A DNA stretch of 24,000 nt from Orbus sturtevantii. GTDB lineage: Bacteria; Pseudomonadota; Gammaproteobacteria; Enterobacterales; Orbaceae. Position numbers and translations under genes: made by a program. The notes under the pieces were generated by a model. That model had not been told where the DNA came from. It searched no databases and saw only the letters and a program-made list of their open reading frames with translations. The stretch lies in NCBI RefSeq assembly GCF_036251875.1, contig NZ_CP133960.1; one strand, written 5' to 3'. Positions 8,503 to 16,296 of the stretch are shown in pieces; position 1 is the first letter of the stretch; each line of letters starts with the position of its first letter.

Positions 8503-9738
8503 CTAAAATAACTGAGATAAAAAGGAAACACCATTTTGAGGTGGCTCGACATTAAAGTACTCAGCAACCGTTGCTCCCACATCAGACAGTGTCGCCCTCG
8601 TTCCCAAATGTTTACCCTCCACTCCTTTTTTGTATGCTAATAATGGTACTTTTTCACGAGTATGGTTACTGTGACCAATTGTTGGGTCATTGCCATGGTC
8701 TGCCATAATGATTAAAATGTCATCTGACCTTAATTGGGCGATCAACGTACCAATGCGTTTATCGGCTAATTGCAGTAGTTCACTATACCACTGCACATCT
8801 TGTGAATGTCCTGCGAGATCGGTTTCTTGTATGTTTAAAATGATAAGCCCGGTATCCATTTTAGTTGACTCAAGATTTAATTGGTCAAATAAATAATCAC
8901 TATCGACACCGTATATTATTTTTTTGCTGTCAGTTTGAATAATATCTGCCGCTTTACCGATTAAACAAACATCGATACTACTTTTATCTAAAATAGTGGG
9001 AATTTGTACGTTTTTATCAATACCATATCCCAAATGAATGACTTTATAGCCTTTCTTATAAACACCCGATAGTGGCGCATCGATACCTGCAATTGCGTTA
9101 TTTTTTACTTTTCTCGCATTAAGCAAATCTTGCAATGTAATATTTTCACCACCAAAAGTAATAACGCGAGAAACTTGAACTGAGCCACGAACAATGCTAG
9201 CTAATTTTTTTAAATCCTCAAATGAAATAAGATCTAAACAAGCGGTCACATTATACACTTGACCATAGTCTGTTTCTAAATTATCACCAACTGTCACGCA
9301 CTCATTAATCACTAATATTTTAGGGTCTAATTGTTTCCCAACTCTTCTAACGCCGTACCCTGCATTTTTTAGATTTTTTTCAATAATGTCGATCTTATTT
9401 CGAAATGGCTCAATCAACGGAGGCTTAGGCAATGTACCAATAATTTCTTGGTGACCTAAAAATGAATCTGCACCTACATGCGCAAGATTAGCGGTACCCC
9501 AATTTGCTGTCAGCGAAAATTTATGGTGCTTATACTCACAACCGATAGCATTCATTAATCCTAAATTTTCTAAATTGGGGAGCTCTATTGAGGGATTTCG
9601 TTTAATGATATTTAAGGCGGTATTTGAATGAATATCACGAGGTCTTACTTCTGATACATCATCCATGCACCCAATACCGAAACCATCTAATATTATAACA
9701 ATGCATTTGCCTTTTTTTTCTGGAGTCATCTGAATCAT
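8503..9738 (-). CDS. yhfW: Phosphopentomutase-like metalloenzyme (alkaline-phosphatase superfamily), YhfW-like
   Basis: 411 aa (E. coli YhfW is about 408). DeoB-type motifs are present: N-terminal IILDGFGIG, GADSFLGHQE (nucleophile region), DLAGHSQD and ADHGNDPTIGHSNHTREKVPLL. It is the last gene of the yhf-type operon. Confidence 0.85.
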   Translation of the reverse strand: MIQMTPEKKGKCIVIILDGFGIGCMDDVSEVRPRDIHSNTALNIIKRNPSIELPNLENLGLMNAIGCEYKHHKFSLTANWGTANLAHVGADSFLGHQEIIGTLPKPPLIEPFRNKIDIIEKNLKNAGYGVRRVGKQLDPKILVINECVTVGDNLETDYGQVYNVTACLDLISFEDLKKLASIVRGSVQVSRVITFGGENITLQDLLNARKVKNNAIAGIDAPLSGVYKKGYKVIHLGYGIDKNVQIPTILDKSSIDVCLIGKAADIIQTDSKKIIYGVDSDYLFDQLNLESTKMDTGLIILNIQETDLAGHSQDVQWYSELLQLADKRIGTLIAQLRSDDILIIMADHGNDPTIGHSNHTREKVPLLAYKKGVEGKHLGTRATLSDVGATVAEYFNVEPPQNGVSFLSQLF

Positions 9739-9740
9739 AT

Positions 9741-10892
9741 TTACCCCTTTTGCTGACCTAAGCTATCAAAAATACCCTCTAATTTAACTTCGCCATTTTG
9801 TATTCCTGAAACCACCGCAACATCGCTGCGCGTGACAAATATTTGAGTTCTAAAACTCGCTACAACGCTGTTACCGATCGGGTGAGATTTAGATAGCGCC
9901 AAGTAATAATCAATATTCTCATTATCAAATGGCTCAATTTGATCGTCATCTATCCATCTATCGCCTTGATAAATTGATACATTTTTAAAATGACCTCTTG
10001 AATAATAACCACCACCAAAAATAAAACTCTTATGGTCAAAGTTATGAGAGATCTCAGTTAAGTAAACTAAAGCGGGTTTTTCGACTAAACTCTTTTTCGC
10101 ATGTAGCGGTGTTGTGCCAGTGAGAGCATGGCCTGGTTCGCCTTGAGTGCCGCCAAGGAACTTAATCATTGGAATGGTATTACAACTGGTAGCAGAAGGC
10201 ATATTGACCTCTAGGTTATAAAATCCAATATCATTAAGAATTAATTTTGCTAATGATAAGGTATTTATATTTTCAGTAGGCTCTAGTTTGCTCTCGCCAT
10301 TATATAAAAAACATGGGAATGCCGTTATACCCGCAATAATAACGTGCAGTGATTGATGATAAGCTTTTAGCTTAGCCAGCTCATCTAAGGTAAATCCCCC
10401 TTTTTGACCAACATAAATGATATCTTTGTACTCAATCACTTTTATTAATACTTTTTGTTGCTTATTATATTTCTGGCAAACTGCATCAATTTTTTGTAAT
10501 TGTTCAATTGAATAAACAGTAATAAATTTCACGCCATACACAATAAACTCTTCCAATAATGAAAGTGGTACTTGAACTAAATGGCCAATATTGCCGATCG
10601 ATAAGTTATGTGATTTCAATAACAGCGCTTCTTTGTAATCAACCGCTACCGCATCAGCAATACCTGATTGTGATATTTTCTTAGCGATTAAGGGGTTTCG
10701 ACCAAATTGCTTGGTCATATAAAACAGTTCTATTCGATTATTTTGCGCCTCTTGCACCAAATTTTGGGTGTTTTCAATAATGGTATCTAAATCCAATAAA
10801 TAAGTATCGGGCAGAATTAAATTCTTTTTCCTTAAATAAAGTGATGCGTCAATTAATGCGGGGTTTCTACTCTTCACTGTCTCAAGAAACAT
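9741..10892 (-). CDS. yhfX: Fold-type III (alanine-racemase N-terminal-like) PLP enzyme, YhfX-like
   Basis: 383 aa (E. coli YhfX is about 387). It has a TIM-barrel-like N-terminal half with a candidate PLP lysine in YMTKQFGRNP and a beta-rich C-terminal half. There is a 2-nt gap to yhfW. Confidence 0.75.
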   Translation of the reverse strand: MFLETVKSRNPALIDASLYLRKKNLILPDTYLLDLDTIIENTQNLVQEAQNNRIELFYMTKQFGRNPLIAKKISQSGIADAVAVDYKEALLLKSHNLSIGNIGHLVQVPLSLLEEFIVYGVKFITVYSIEQLQKIDAVCQKYNKQQKVLIKVIEYKDIIYVGQKGGFTLDELAKLKAYHQSLHVIIAGITAFPCFLYNGESKLEPTENINTLSLAKLILNDIGFYNLEVNMPSATSCNTIPMIKFLGGTQGEPGHALTGTTPLHAKKSLVEKPALVYLTEISHNFDHKSFIFGGGYYSRGHFKNVSIYQGDRWIDDDQIEPFDNENIDYYLALSKSHPIGNSVVASFRTQIFVTRSDVAVVSGIQNGEVKLEGIFDSLGQQKG

Positions 10893-10898
10893 AAATAA

Positions 10899-11252
10899 TC
10901 ACCTTGCATTTAAAAAATTAACGAGATGAAGATAAATATAATCAGTCTCTGCTTCATATAATTTGAACGATAAAAGTTTTTTTAATTTTCGCCACAGCAT
11001 TTGTGAAGCGAGGAAATGTTCACTAGCAATGATTTCCTCCCTCATATCGTCCTCTAAAAAATTTATATATTCTTTTTTATTATTACGCATGCAAGCCATT
11101 GCTAAATGGGTTATAAAAAAGTCAGCTTTATCTTCGCTATCAATGATATTTTTTGTGATCAAATAATCTAAAATAGCTAAAAGCGAATCGACTGTTGACT
11201 GCTCTAACATATTACTTTGCTTTAGTATGACTAATTTTTCTCTAATCATCAT
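10899..11252 (-). CDS. yhfY: Stand-alone PRD-domain protein, YhfY-like
   Basis: An all-helical protein of about 118 aa with two PRD-type histidine motifs, ITHLAMACMR and YIYLHLVNFL, 60 residues apart. The track ORF starts at TTG 11261. I prefer ATG 11252 or 11249, which follow GGGGGT. Confidence 0.75.
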   Translation of the reverse strand: MMIREKLVILKQSNMLEQSTVDSLLAILDYLITKNIIDSEDKADFFITHLAMACMRNNKKEYINFLEDDMREEIIASEHFLASQMLWRKLKKLLSFKLYEAETDYIYLHLVNFLNAR

Positions 11253-11261
11253 TACCCCCAA

Positions 11262-12185
11262 TTAATACCTTGGTATCATGTCACCATTAACTACTGAGTT
11301 TTGTATTTTTAAAATAGTTTCTTGTTCTAAAATATTACTGATAATAGTTTTTACCACCTGATCATCTCGGTGACAAACGATAACTGAAGCAGTCATATCT
11401 AAAATATCTTCAAAAAAATCAACGGGTAAATAATTTAAATTCTTGAAATCTTTATTGCTAATCTCATCATAATTCCACACCCCAGCATCTATCAAACCAC
11501 TATTAAGCGCATGAATAATTTGGTGTCCAGAGGTTTCAATTAAGGTAATGTCTTTGCTTTTAACAAGCTTTTTTGTAAGAAGCTCCTGATCTAACGAACT
11601 ATAGTCAATCCCTATCTTCATGCCATCTTCTATTGACGATTTATTTTTATCAGAAAATAAAATAACATGACGACTTAAATAACTCTGATCCCCAAAATCA
11701 GCAATAATTTCTATCGGTTCACCCACGCTTAGGGCATGATTTGCTGAATAACGAGAAATAACAGCAAATCGATATGTTTTTTTAACAATGGAATTAACCC
11801 TTTCTTTAGCGCCTCTCAAATAGGCTAAATTTAGCTTAATATTATGTTGTTCAAAAGCGAGGTAAAGACCTGTTGCAAAGCCCTCATACAGTTTGGAATA
11901 CGGCAATGTCATGGTGCCTAAAATAACATCGATAAGTGCATATTTTTGTAAAATAGAATAATCAATAAATTTAATAAATGTGCCTAAATGACCGCGATTA
12001 GAGCAAATGATGGCCTTTTGCTCTTTTAGGTAATTTAATGCATTTTGAACGGTTCCCCTAGCAGCATTATATTTATCCTGGCAGGCACTAATACTCAACA
12101 TTTTGTCATCGGTTTTTAATTGCAATAGATCTAAAGCGAGATAATGAACCATTATTGCTTTCTTTTTATAAAAATGATTATCCAT
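11262..12185 (-). CDS. yhfZ: GntR-type winged-HTH regulator fused to a substrate-binding-protein-like domain, YhfZ-like
   Basis: 307 aa (E. coli YhfZ is about 301). The N-terminus LSISACQDKYNAARGTVQNALNYLKEQKAIICSNRGHLGTFI is a GntR-like wHTH. The remaining ~230 aa are an alpha/beta PBP-like domain. Its stop abuts the yhfY start. Confidence 0.75.
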   Translation of the reverse strand: MDNHFYKKKAIMVHYLALDLLQLKTDDKMLSISACQDKYNAARGTVQNALNYLKEQKAIICSNRGHLGTFIKFIDYSILQKYALIDVILGTMTLPYSKLYEGFATGLYLAFEQHNIKLNLAYLRGAKERVNSIVKKTYRFAVISRYSANHALSVGEPIEIIADFGDQSYLSRHVILFSDKNKSSIEDGMKIGIDYSSLDQELLTKKLVKSKDITLIETSGHQIIHALNSGLIDAGVWNYDEISNKDFKNLNYLPVDFFEDILDMTASVIVCHRDDQVVKTIISNILEQETILKIQNSVVNGDMIPRY

Positions 12186-12196
12186 ATATCACTACT

Positions 12197-13297
12197 CTAT
12201 TCTCTCTTAGCTTCAACTATTGCCTGTTTCAATATTCGAATAATCGTATCAGCGCCTGCTCGATTGGGATTTATTCTTATCATATAATTTTCTGCATTAG
12301 GATCGGATTCTCTAAATGTTCCAGAGACACGATAAAATAAAGGACAGAATTCATATTTTGACTCTGCTCCAACTGGGTTAGTAATTGCCCCATGAATTTC
12401 TGCGACAGCGATAACTGATTTTGCAATTTTTTCAGCTAACCTTACGATAATTACTTTAGATTGAGCATTCACAACCATGGCATCAAGAATATCGGGACAC
12501 TCATGTGAGTTTAACCGTGAACAGACTTCATCACTGACTTGGGATGAAATCGCTAGCGATACTGGTGCATAAATCATCCCTTTAATAACATCTATCGCCT
12601 CGTGCCCCTGAACTTGGCCACCGCCAGAATAATTGTCATGCTTCAATTTTGTAATCTCTTTTTTACGCCCTACAATGCATCCAATTCCTTCTGGCCCTAG
12701 TAGCTTGAAAGATGAAAAACAAGATAGTGTAGCCCCGGCTTGTACCCCTATTTTTTTTGTTTTAAGCGCTGAATAATTATCATCAGTAATGATAAAAATA
12801 TTTTTATCTATTTCCCGAATAGCCGAGATAAGCTCCTCTAAATCATAAGCATCATTAATTTTTTGCCGGGTGACTTGAATCAAAATCCCGTCAAATTTGT
12901 TTTGCTTAACTTTCATCGCCACAGCATTTAAATCATTAAAATCGACTTTTTCGGTACGGATACCGAGCATATTAATTGAGACTTGAGTTGTTGGATAAAT
13001 AGGTGCATCATGTACCAACATCGTTCCACCGTGCCCTACTGTTGCATATAGTGCTAACCTTATAGCATTTGTTCCAGAGCCTCTAATTAATAACGCATCT
13101 TCACTAGCAAAAAACTTAGCTAACACTTTTTCTACTTTCATTGTTGTTTTTGGCTGATTCAAGCCAGGGACTAGCCCTAAATCTCCTCGCGTTAAAATTT
13201 CATGCCCATGAAACGCCTGAGTTATCGCATCAACTAAATCGAACTGTAAGGCAATTGCTTCATCAATCGTCAAACTCTTTAACGGATAAACATTCAT
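12197..13297 (-). CDS. yhfS: Fold-type I PLP-dependent enzyme (aminotransferase/SelA-like), YhfS-like
   Basis: 366 aa (E. coli YhfS is about 361). MNVYPLKSLTIDEA, GDLGLVPGLNQP, HDAPIYPTT, TDDNYS, a candidate Schiff-base lysine in CFSSFKLLGPEGIG, and RINPNRAG at the C-terminus. Confidence 0.8.
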   Translation of the reverse strand: MNVYPLKSLTIDEAIALQFDLVDAITQAFHGHEILTRGDLGLVPGLNQPKTTMKVEKVLAKFFASEDALLIRGSGTNAIRLALYATVGHGGTMLVHDAPIYPTTQVSINMLGIRTEKVDFNDLNAVAMKVKQNKFDGILIQVTRQKINDAYDLEELISAIREIDKNIFIITDDNYSALKTKKIGVQAGATLSCFSSFKLLGPEGIGCIVGRKKEITKLKHDNYSGGGQVQGHEAIDVIKGMIYAPVSLAISSQVSDEVCSRLNSHECPDILDAMVVNAQSKVIIVRLAEKIAKSVIAVAEIHGAITNPVGAESKYEFCPLFYRVSGTFRESDPNAENYMIRINPNRAGADTIIRILKQAIVEAKRE

Positions 13298-13300
13298 TAT

Positions 13301-14182
13301 TTAATTCCTATTCATGAACTTTTGGGGATTTATTGCTAACATTTTATTAATAAAGGAGTCAGAAATACCATGTTCTAACATCATCGGTACAAATACATCG
13401 AGTAAATAAGCGTAACCGATTCCACCAAAATGAGTTAAACTTGACCGTCTCGTGACATCCATTGATAAAAACACCTGATCAACATAACCTCTTTTTTCAA
13501 TCTCTTTTAGCATATTAATTCTTGTTAAATCAGGTAGATAGTTTTGTTTGCCAACAGTATCAAACTCAATGTAGACGCCTTGCTCTAGTACATTTAATAT
13601 CTGATCTATGTCAGGGTTTAAGTCGAGATGGCCAATAACGACTTTCGATAAATCGACACTATTCTTTTTAAAAAAATGAACTTGTTCGATAGCAAACGTA
13701 CCTAATGTAGTGTGGGTCGTAATAGGTTTATTGGTCGCTTTATGAGCTAATACTGCCGCAGCAAAAATTTTCTTTTCATTTAATGTCCAACCATTTTTAC
13801 TTGATCCTATCTCGCCAATTATGTGTGCCTTAATATCTGTGCTCTCAATGCCGACTTCAATTTCATTGATCATAAAATTAGCGATTTGTTTTATAGATTG
13901 GTTAGCAATAAACCCAGAAATAAATTTTTCAGTATAAAATCCAGTAGACTGAATAATGTTAATATTCGTTAAATCGGCTATTTGCTTCACATAAATTGGA
14001 TTTCGACGCATGCCAGCATTCGTTACATCAACGATATTTCTCACGCCTTTTTCGTACAAAATTTTATATTCATTTACCGTCTGCCAAAAACAGTTCAGGT
14101 TTGTATCCTCACTATTTTTTACTGAAGATAAATCTATCGTAGTATGTTCATGCATGTAGGTAATGCCATCGTTCAGTATCAT
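13301..14182 (-). CDS. php: Phosphotriesterase-homology protein (amidohydrolase superfamily)
   Basis: 293 aa (E. coli Php is 292). Equivalents of all binuclear-metal ligands are present: YMHEHTTIDL (HxH), IIGEIGSS (Glu in place of a carbamyl-Lys), ITTHTT, VIGHLDL and LSMDVTRRS. Confidence 0.9.
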   Translation of the reverse strand: MILNDGITYMHEHTTIDLSSVKNSEDTNLNCFWQTVNEYKILYEKGVRNIVDVTNAGMRRNPIYVKQIADLTNINIIQSTGFYTEKFISGFIANQSIKQIANFMINEIEVGIESTDIKAHIIGEIGSSKNGWTLNEKKIFAAAVLAHKATNKPITTHTTLGTFAIEQVHFFKKNSVDLSKVVIGHLDLNPDIDQILNVLEQGVYIEFDTVGKQNYLPDLTRINMLKEIEKRGYVDQVFLSMDVTRRSSLTHFGGIGYAYLLDVFVPMMLEHGISDSFINKMLAINPQKFMNRN

Positions 14183-14196
14183 AATATATCCTTGGC

Positions 14197-15495
14197 CTAT
14201 ACTGACATTAGATTTAACATCACGAGTATGTTTGCAATTACCCCAACAAGTAATGCACCAACTGGACCAATGGCTAAATCGACTAATTTTTTCTTAAATT
14301 TTCCATTCAGTACATACAAGCCAATTACGACTAATCCTCCCCACGCTGGCGCTATTGCGGTTGCAGCGATTACGCCACCAACGAGTAAGGCGATCTCTAA
14401 TACTTTAGTGATTGCCGTTCTTATGTTATCACCGGCATCTCTCATACCTGGGAATTTATCAATGAATAGCGCAAATTTAGTTAAAAGCAATACTTCAACT
14501 GCCATCCAAATACCACCAGCAAAAAATGCTAGCAGTGGATTATTAATTGCACCGCCAATAGAGCCAATAACAAAAACCATTTTAATTCCCGCTGGCGAGT
14601 AAGTGCCTGTTGCTATACCCGTTGTAACAACTAAAGGGATAAAACCAAGCACACGCGCTAACTCGGTTATCGCTGCGGAATCAAAATGGCCTTCTTGATA
14701 TAAGGGAGCGGAAAGCGCTGACTCGGTCACCAAACACATTGATGCCGCTAGTGCTAAAAAAGCCCCAGAGAGCACAAACAGATACCAATACTTTTTGATC
14801 TGCGCCACTCTATCAGCAAAAATATTGGCTAGCTGCTGTTGGGAGTTAGACTTTTCTCGCTTATCTGAAAACGCATAAAATAGCATAAAAAACATACCAA
14901 CCAAGAGAGCCATAGCGTTTGCATTAATCGTAATAGAATTACCGCCTTCAAATTGAAAATGACCAAATCGCACCGTAATCACTTGCGCTAAAACAGTAAA
15001 AATAAAAACGACTAAGCCTTTTTGCCAACCATATTGAAGCGTGACCACAAAAGAAGGGAAAACTGCAAACGCGACTAGCACAACAGAAGAAACCTGGCCT
15101 AGGCTTTGCAAAAAATTATAAGGTAGAAGCTGAAATATCTCTTGGATAAAACCGAGTCCACCACCGATAAGCAGACCATATAAAGCGCCAACAAATCCTG
15201 CTAGGATAATAGTTTGCTTGCCTTTATCTGACAAATAACAACCGATAATATCCGTACCAAGTAAAACGACATGTATGATAATAACGCTTGATGCGATAGA
15301 TTGAGGAATAAAGCCAATGATATAACCGATACCAAAGGCAAAGGCGGTGGTTCCGAGCACGGATTTACTAATTTTTTTTTCTTTGTACTCTAGAACCATT
15401 GGTCGTAAGGCATCATTAAATACCGCAATACCTCGATTTGACATAATCGTTGCGATAGAACAAACACATGCCATGATAATCATATTTAAAATCAT
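14197..15495 (-). CDS. yhfT: Polytopic inner-membrane protein (putative transporter), YhfT-like
   Basis: 432 aa (E. coli YhfT is about 434) with 10 or more hydrophobic segments. AVFNDALRP lies near the N-terminus and GFIPLVVTTGIATGTY and DNIRTAITKVLEIALLVG in the C-terminal half. There is a 7-nt gap to yhfU. Confidence 0.8.
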   Translation of the reverse strand: MILNMIIMACVCSIATIMSNRGIAVFNDALRPMVLEYKEKKISKSVLGTTAFAFGIGYIIGFIPQSIASSVIIIHVVLLGTDIIGCYLSDKGKQTIILAGFVGALYGLLIGGGLGFIQEIFQLLPYNFLQSLGQVSSVVLVAFAVFPSFVVTLQYGWQKGLVVFIFTVLAQVITVRFGHFQFEGGNSITINANAMALLVGMFFMLFYAFSDKREKSNSQQQLANIFADRVAQIKKYWYLFVLSGAFLALAASMCLVTESALSAPLYQEGHFDSAAITELARVLGFIPLVVTTGIATGTYSPAGIKMVFVIGSIGGAINNPLLAFFAGGIWMAVEVLLLTKFALFIDKFPGMRDAGDNIRTAITKVLEIALLVGGVIAATAIAPAWGGLVVIGLYVLNGKFKKKLVDLAIGPVGALLVGVIANILVMLNLMSV

Positions 15496-15502
15496 GTTTA
15501 CC

Positions 15503-15865
15503 TCATTTTTTATTTAATTCATTCATGACTGTTGAAATGATGAAATCCATATCTTGTGAAGTAAACCCAAAAGCAATTTTTCCTGAATTGATGTGATCTA
15601 TAATTTGAGATTCGCTAAGCGTAGTCCCAGGCATACCTAAAGCAATTGCTTTTTCGGAACCAACCAGAGCAATAACCATGGCTAAGGCACCGCCTCCACC
15701 CGTATTACATGCACCAAAATAGTAATCGACCTGCCCTGATTTTAAATCTAAAGCGGCATCAAGATCGGTTTTGATGGTAATTTGATTCTCTTGTGTTTGG
15801 TATTTTTTAATTAATCTTTCAATTTCTTGTTTTTCAATTTGACCGCCGATAACGATTTTTTTCAT
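15503..15865 (-). CDS. yhfU: DUF2620-type small soluble protein, YhfU-like, with an RpiB/LacAB-like Cys-x-Thr-Gly loop
   Basis: 120 aa (E. coli YhfU is about 117). MKKIVIGG... and VDYYFGACNTGGGGALAMVIAL. AAGGGA Shine-Dalgarno 9 nt upstream. It is the first gene of the operon. Confidence 0.75.
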   Translation of the reverse strand: MKKIVIGGQIEKQEIERLIKKYQTQENQITIKTDLDAALDLKSGQVDYYFGACNTGGGGALAMVIALVGSEKAIALGMPGTTLSESQIIDHINSGKIAFGFTSQDMDFIISTVMNELNKK

Positions 15866-15921
15866 ATTTATTTTCCCTTATCTTCAAAGTACAATAATTT
15901 GTATATTGAAGTTATCATATA

Positions 15922-15949
15922 AGAGATAAAATGATGATAAATTATCTCT
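15922..15949. promoter_or_regulatory. 8-bp inverted repeat AGAGATAA-N12-TTATCTCT upstream of yhfU (candidate operator or leader hairpin)
   Basis: The arms are at 15922-15929 and 15942-15949, 57-86 bp upstream of the yhfU start and within a 430-bp non-coding leader. Confidence 0.3.
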
Positions 15950-16218
15950 GGTTTTGCCAAGTAGATCTCAATTTATTTTATATAACCCTGTTGTGGTGCT
16001 TGAAGCGTTGCTTAATCTACAATACCAAGCCTAATTTTGCGTATGATAAAGATAATAAGAAGTTAGAGAACAATCGCATAAACTACCTTTAAAAAGGAAA
16101 AAAATGGTCTGAGTTTTGGTTAAGGACATGATTAAAATCATGGTCGTTTATTCGTGCATACTTTAACGCTTTGCACTATTTTTATATTTTTCTGTATATT
16201 TAGTTAGGTCATATAGTT

Positions 16219-16237
16219 AAGCCACCTAAAGTGGCTT
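16219..16237 (-). terminator. Hairpin downstream of kdgR (weak terminator candidate)
   Basis: AAGCCAC-CTAAA-GTGGCTT, a 7-bp stem about 60 nt past the kdgR stop. No U-run follows on either strand. Confidence 0.3.
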
Positions 16238-16296
16238 CGAGCAGAATGCAGAAATTGTAAAAAAGAGGGCGATACTTATTTAGATTTTTAATAAAA

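Noticed and set aside
14144-14602. 152-aa plus-strand ORF in the track, and the other short ORFs antisense to long genes (1249-1440, 2063-2305, 5506-5733, 6695-6967, 8690-8896, 10963-11166, 12155-12340, 19234-19422, 20863-21111).
   Set aside because: Each lies almost entirely inside, or largely overlaps, a longer opposite-strand gene with clear homology. They have low-complexity or odd composition, no Shine-Dalgarno and no recognisable motifs. These are typical shadow ORFs.
16128-16166. A 12-codon ORF (MIKIMVVYSCIL) in the yhf leader as a possible leader peptide.
   Set aside because: The AAGGA lies only 1-2 nt from the ATG, which is too close. There are no tandem regulatory codons and no adjacent terminator/antiterminator pair.
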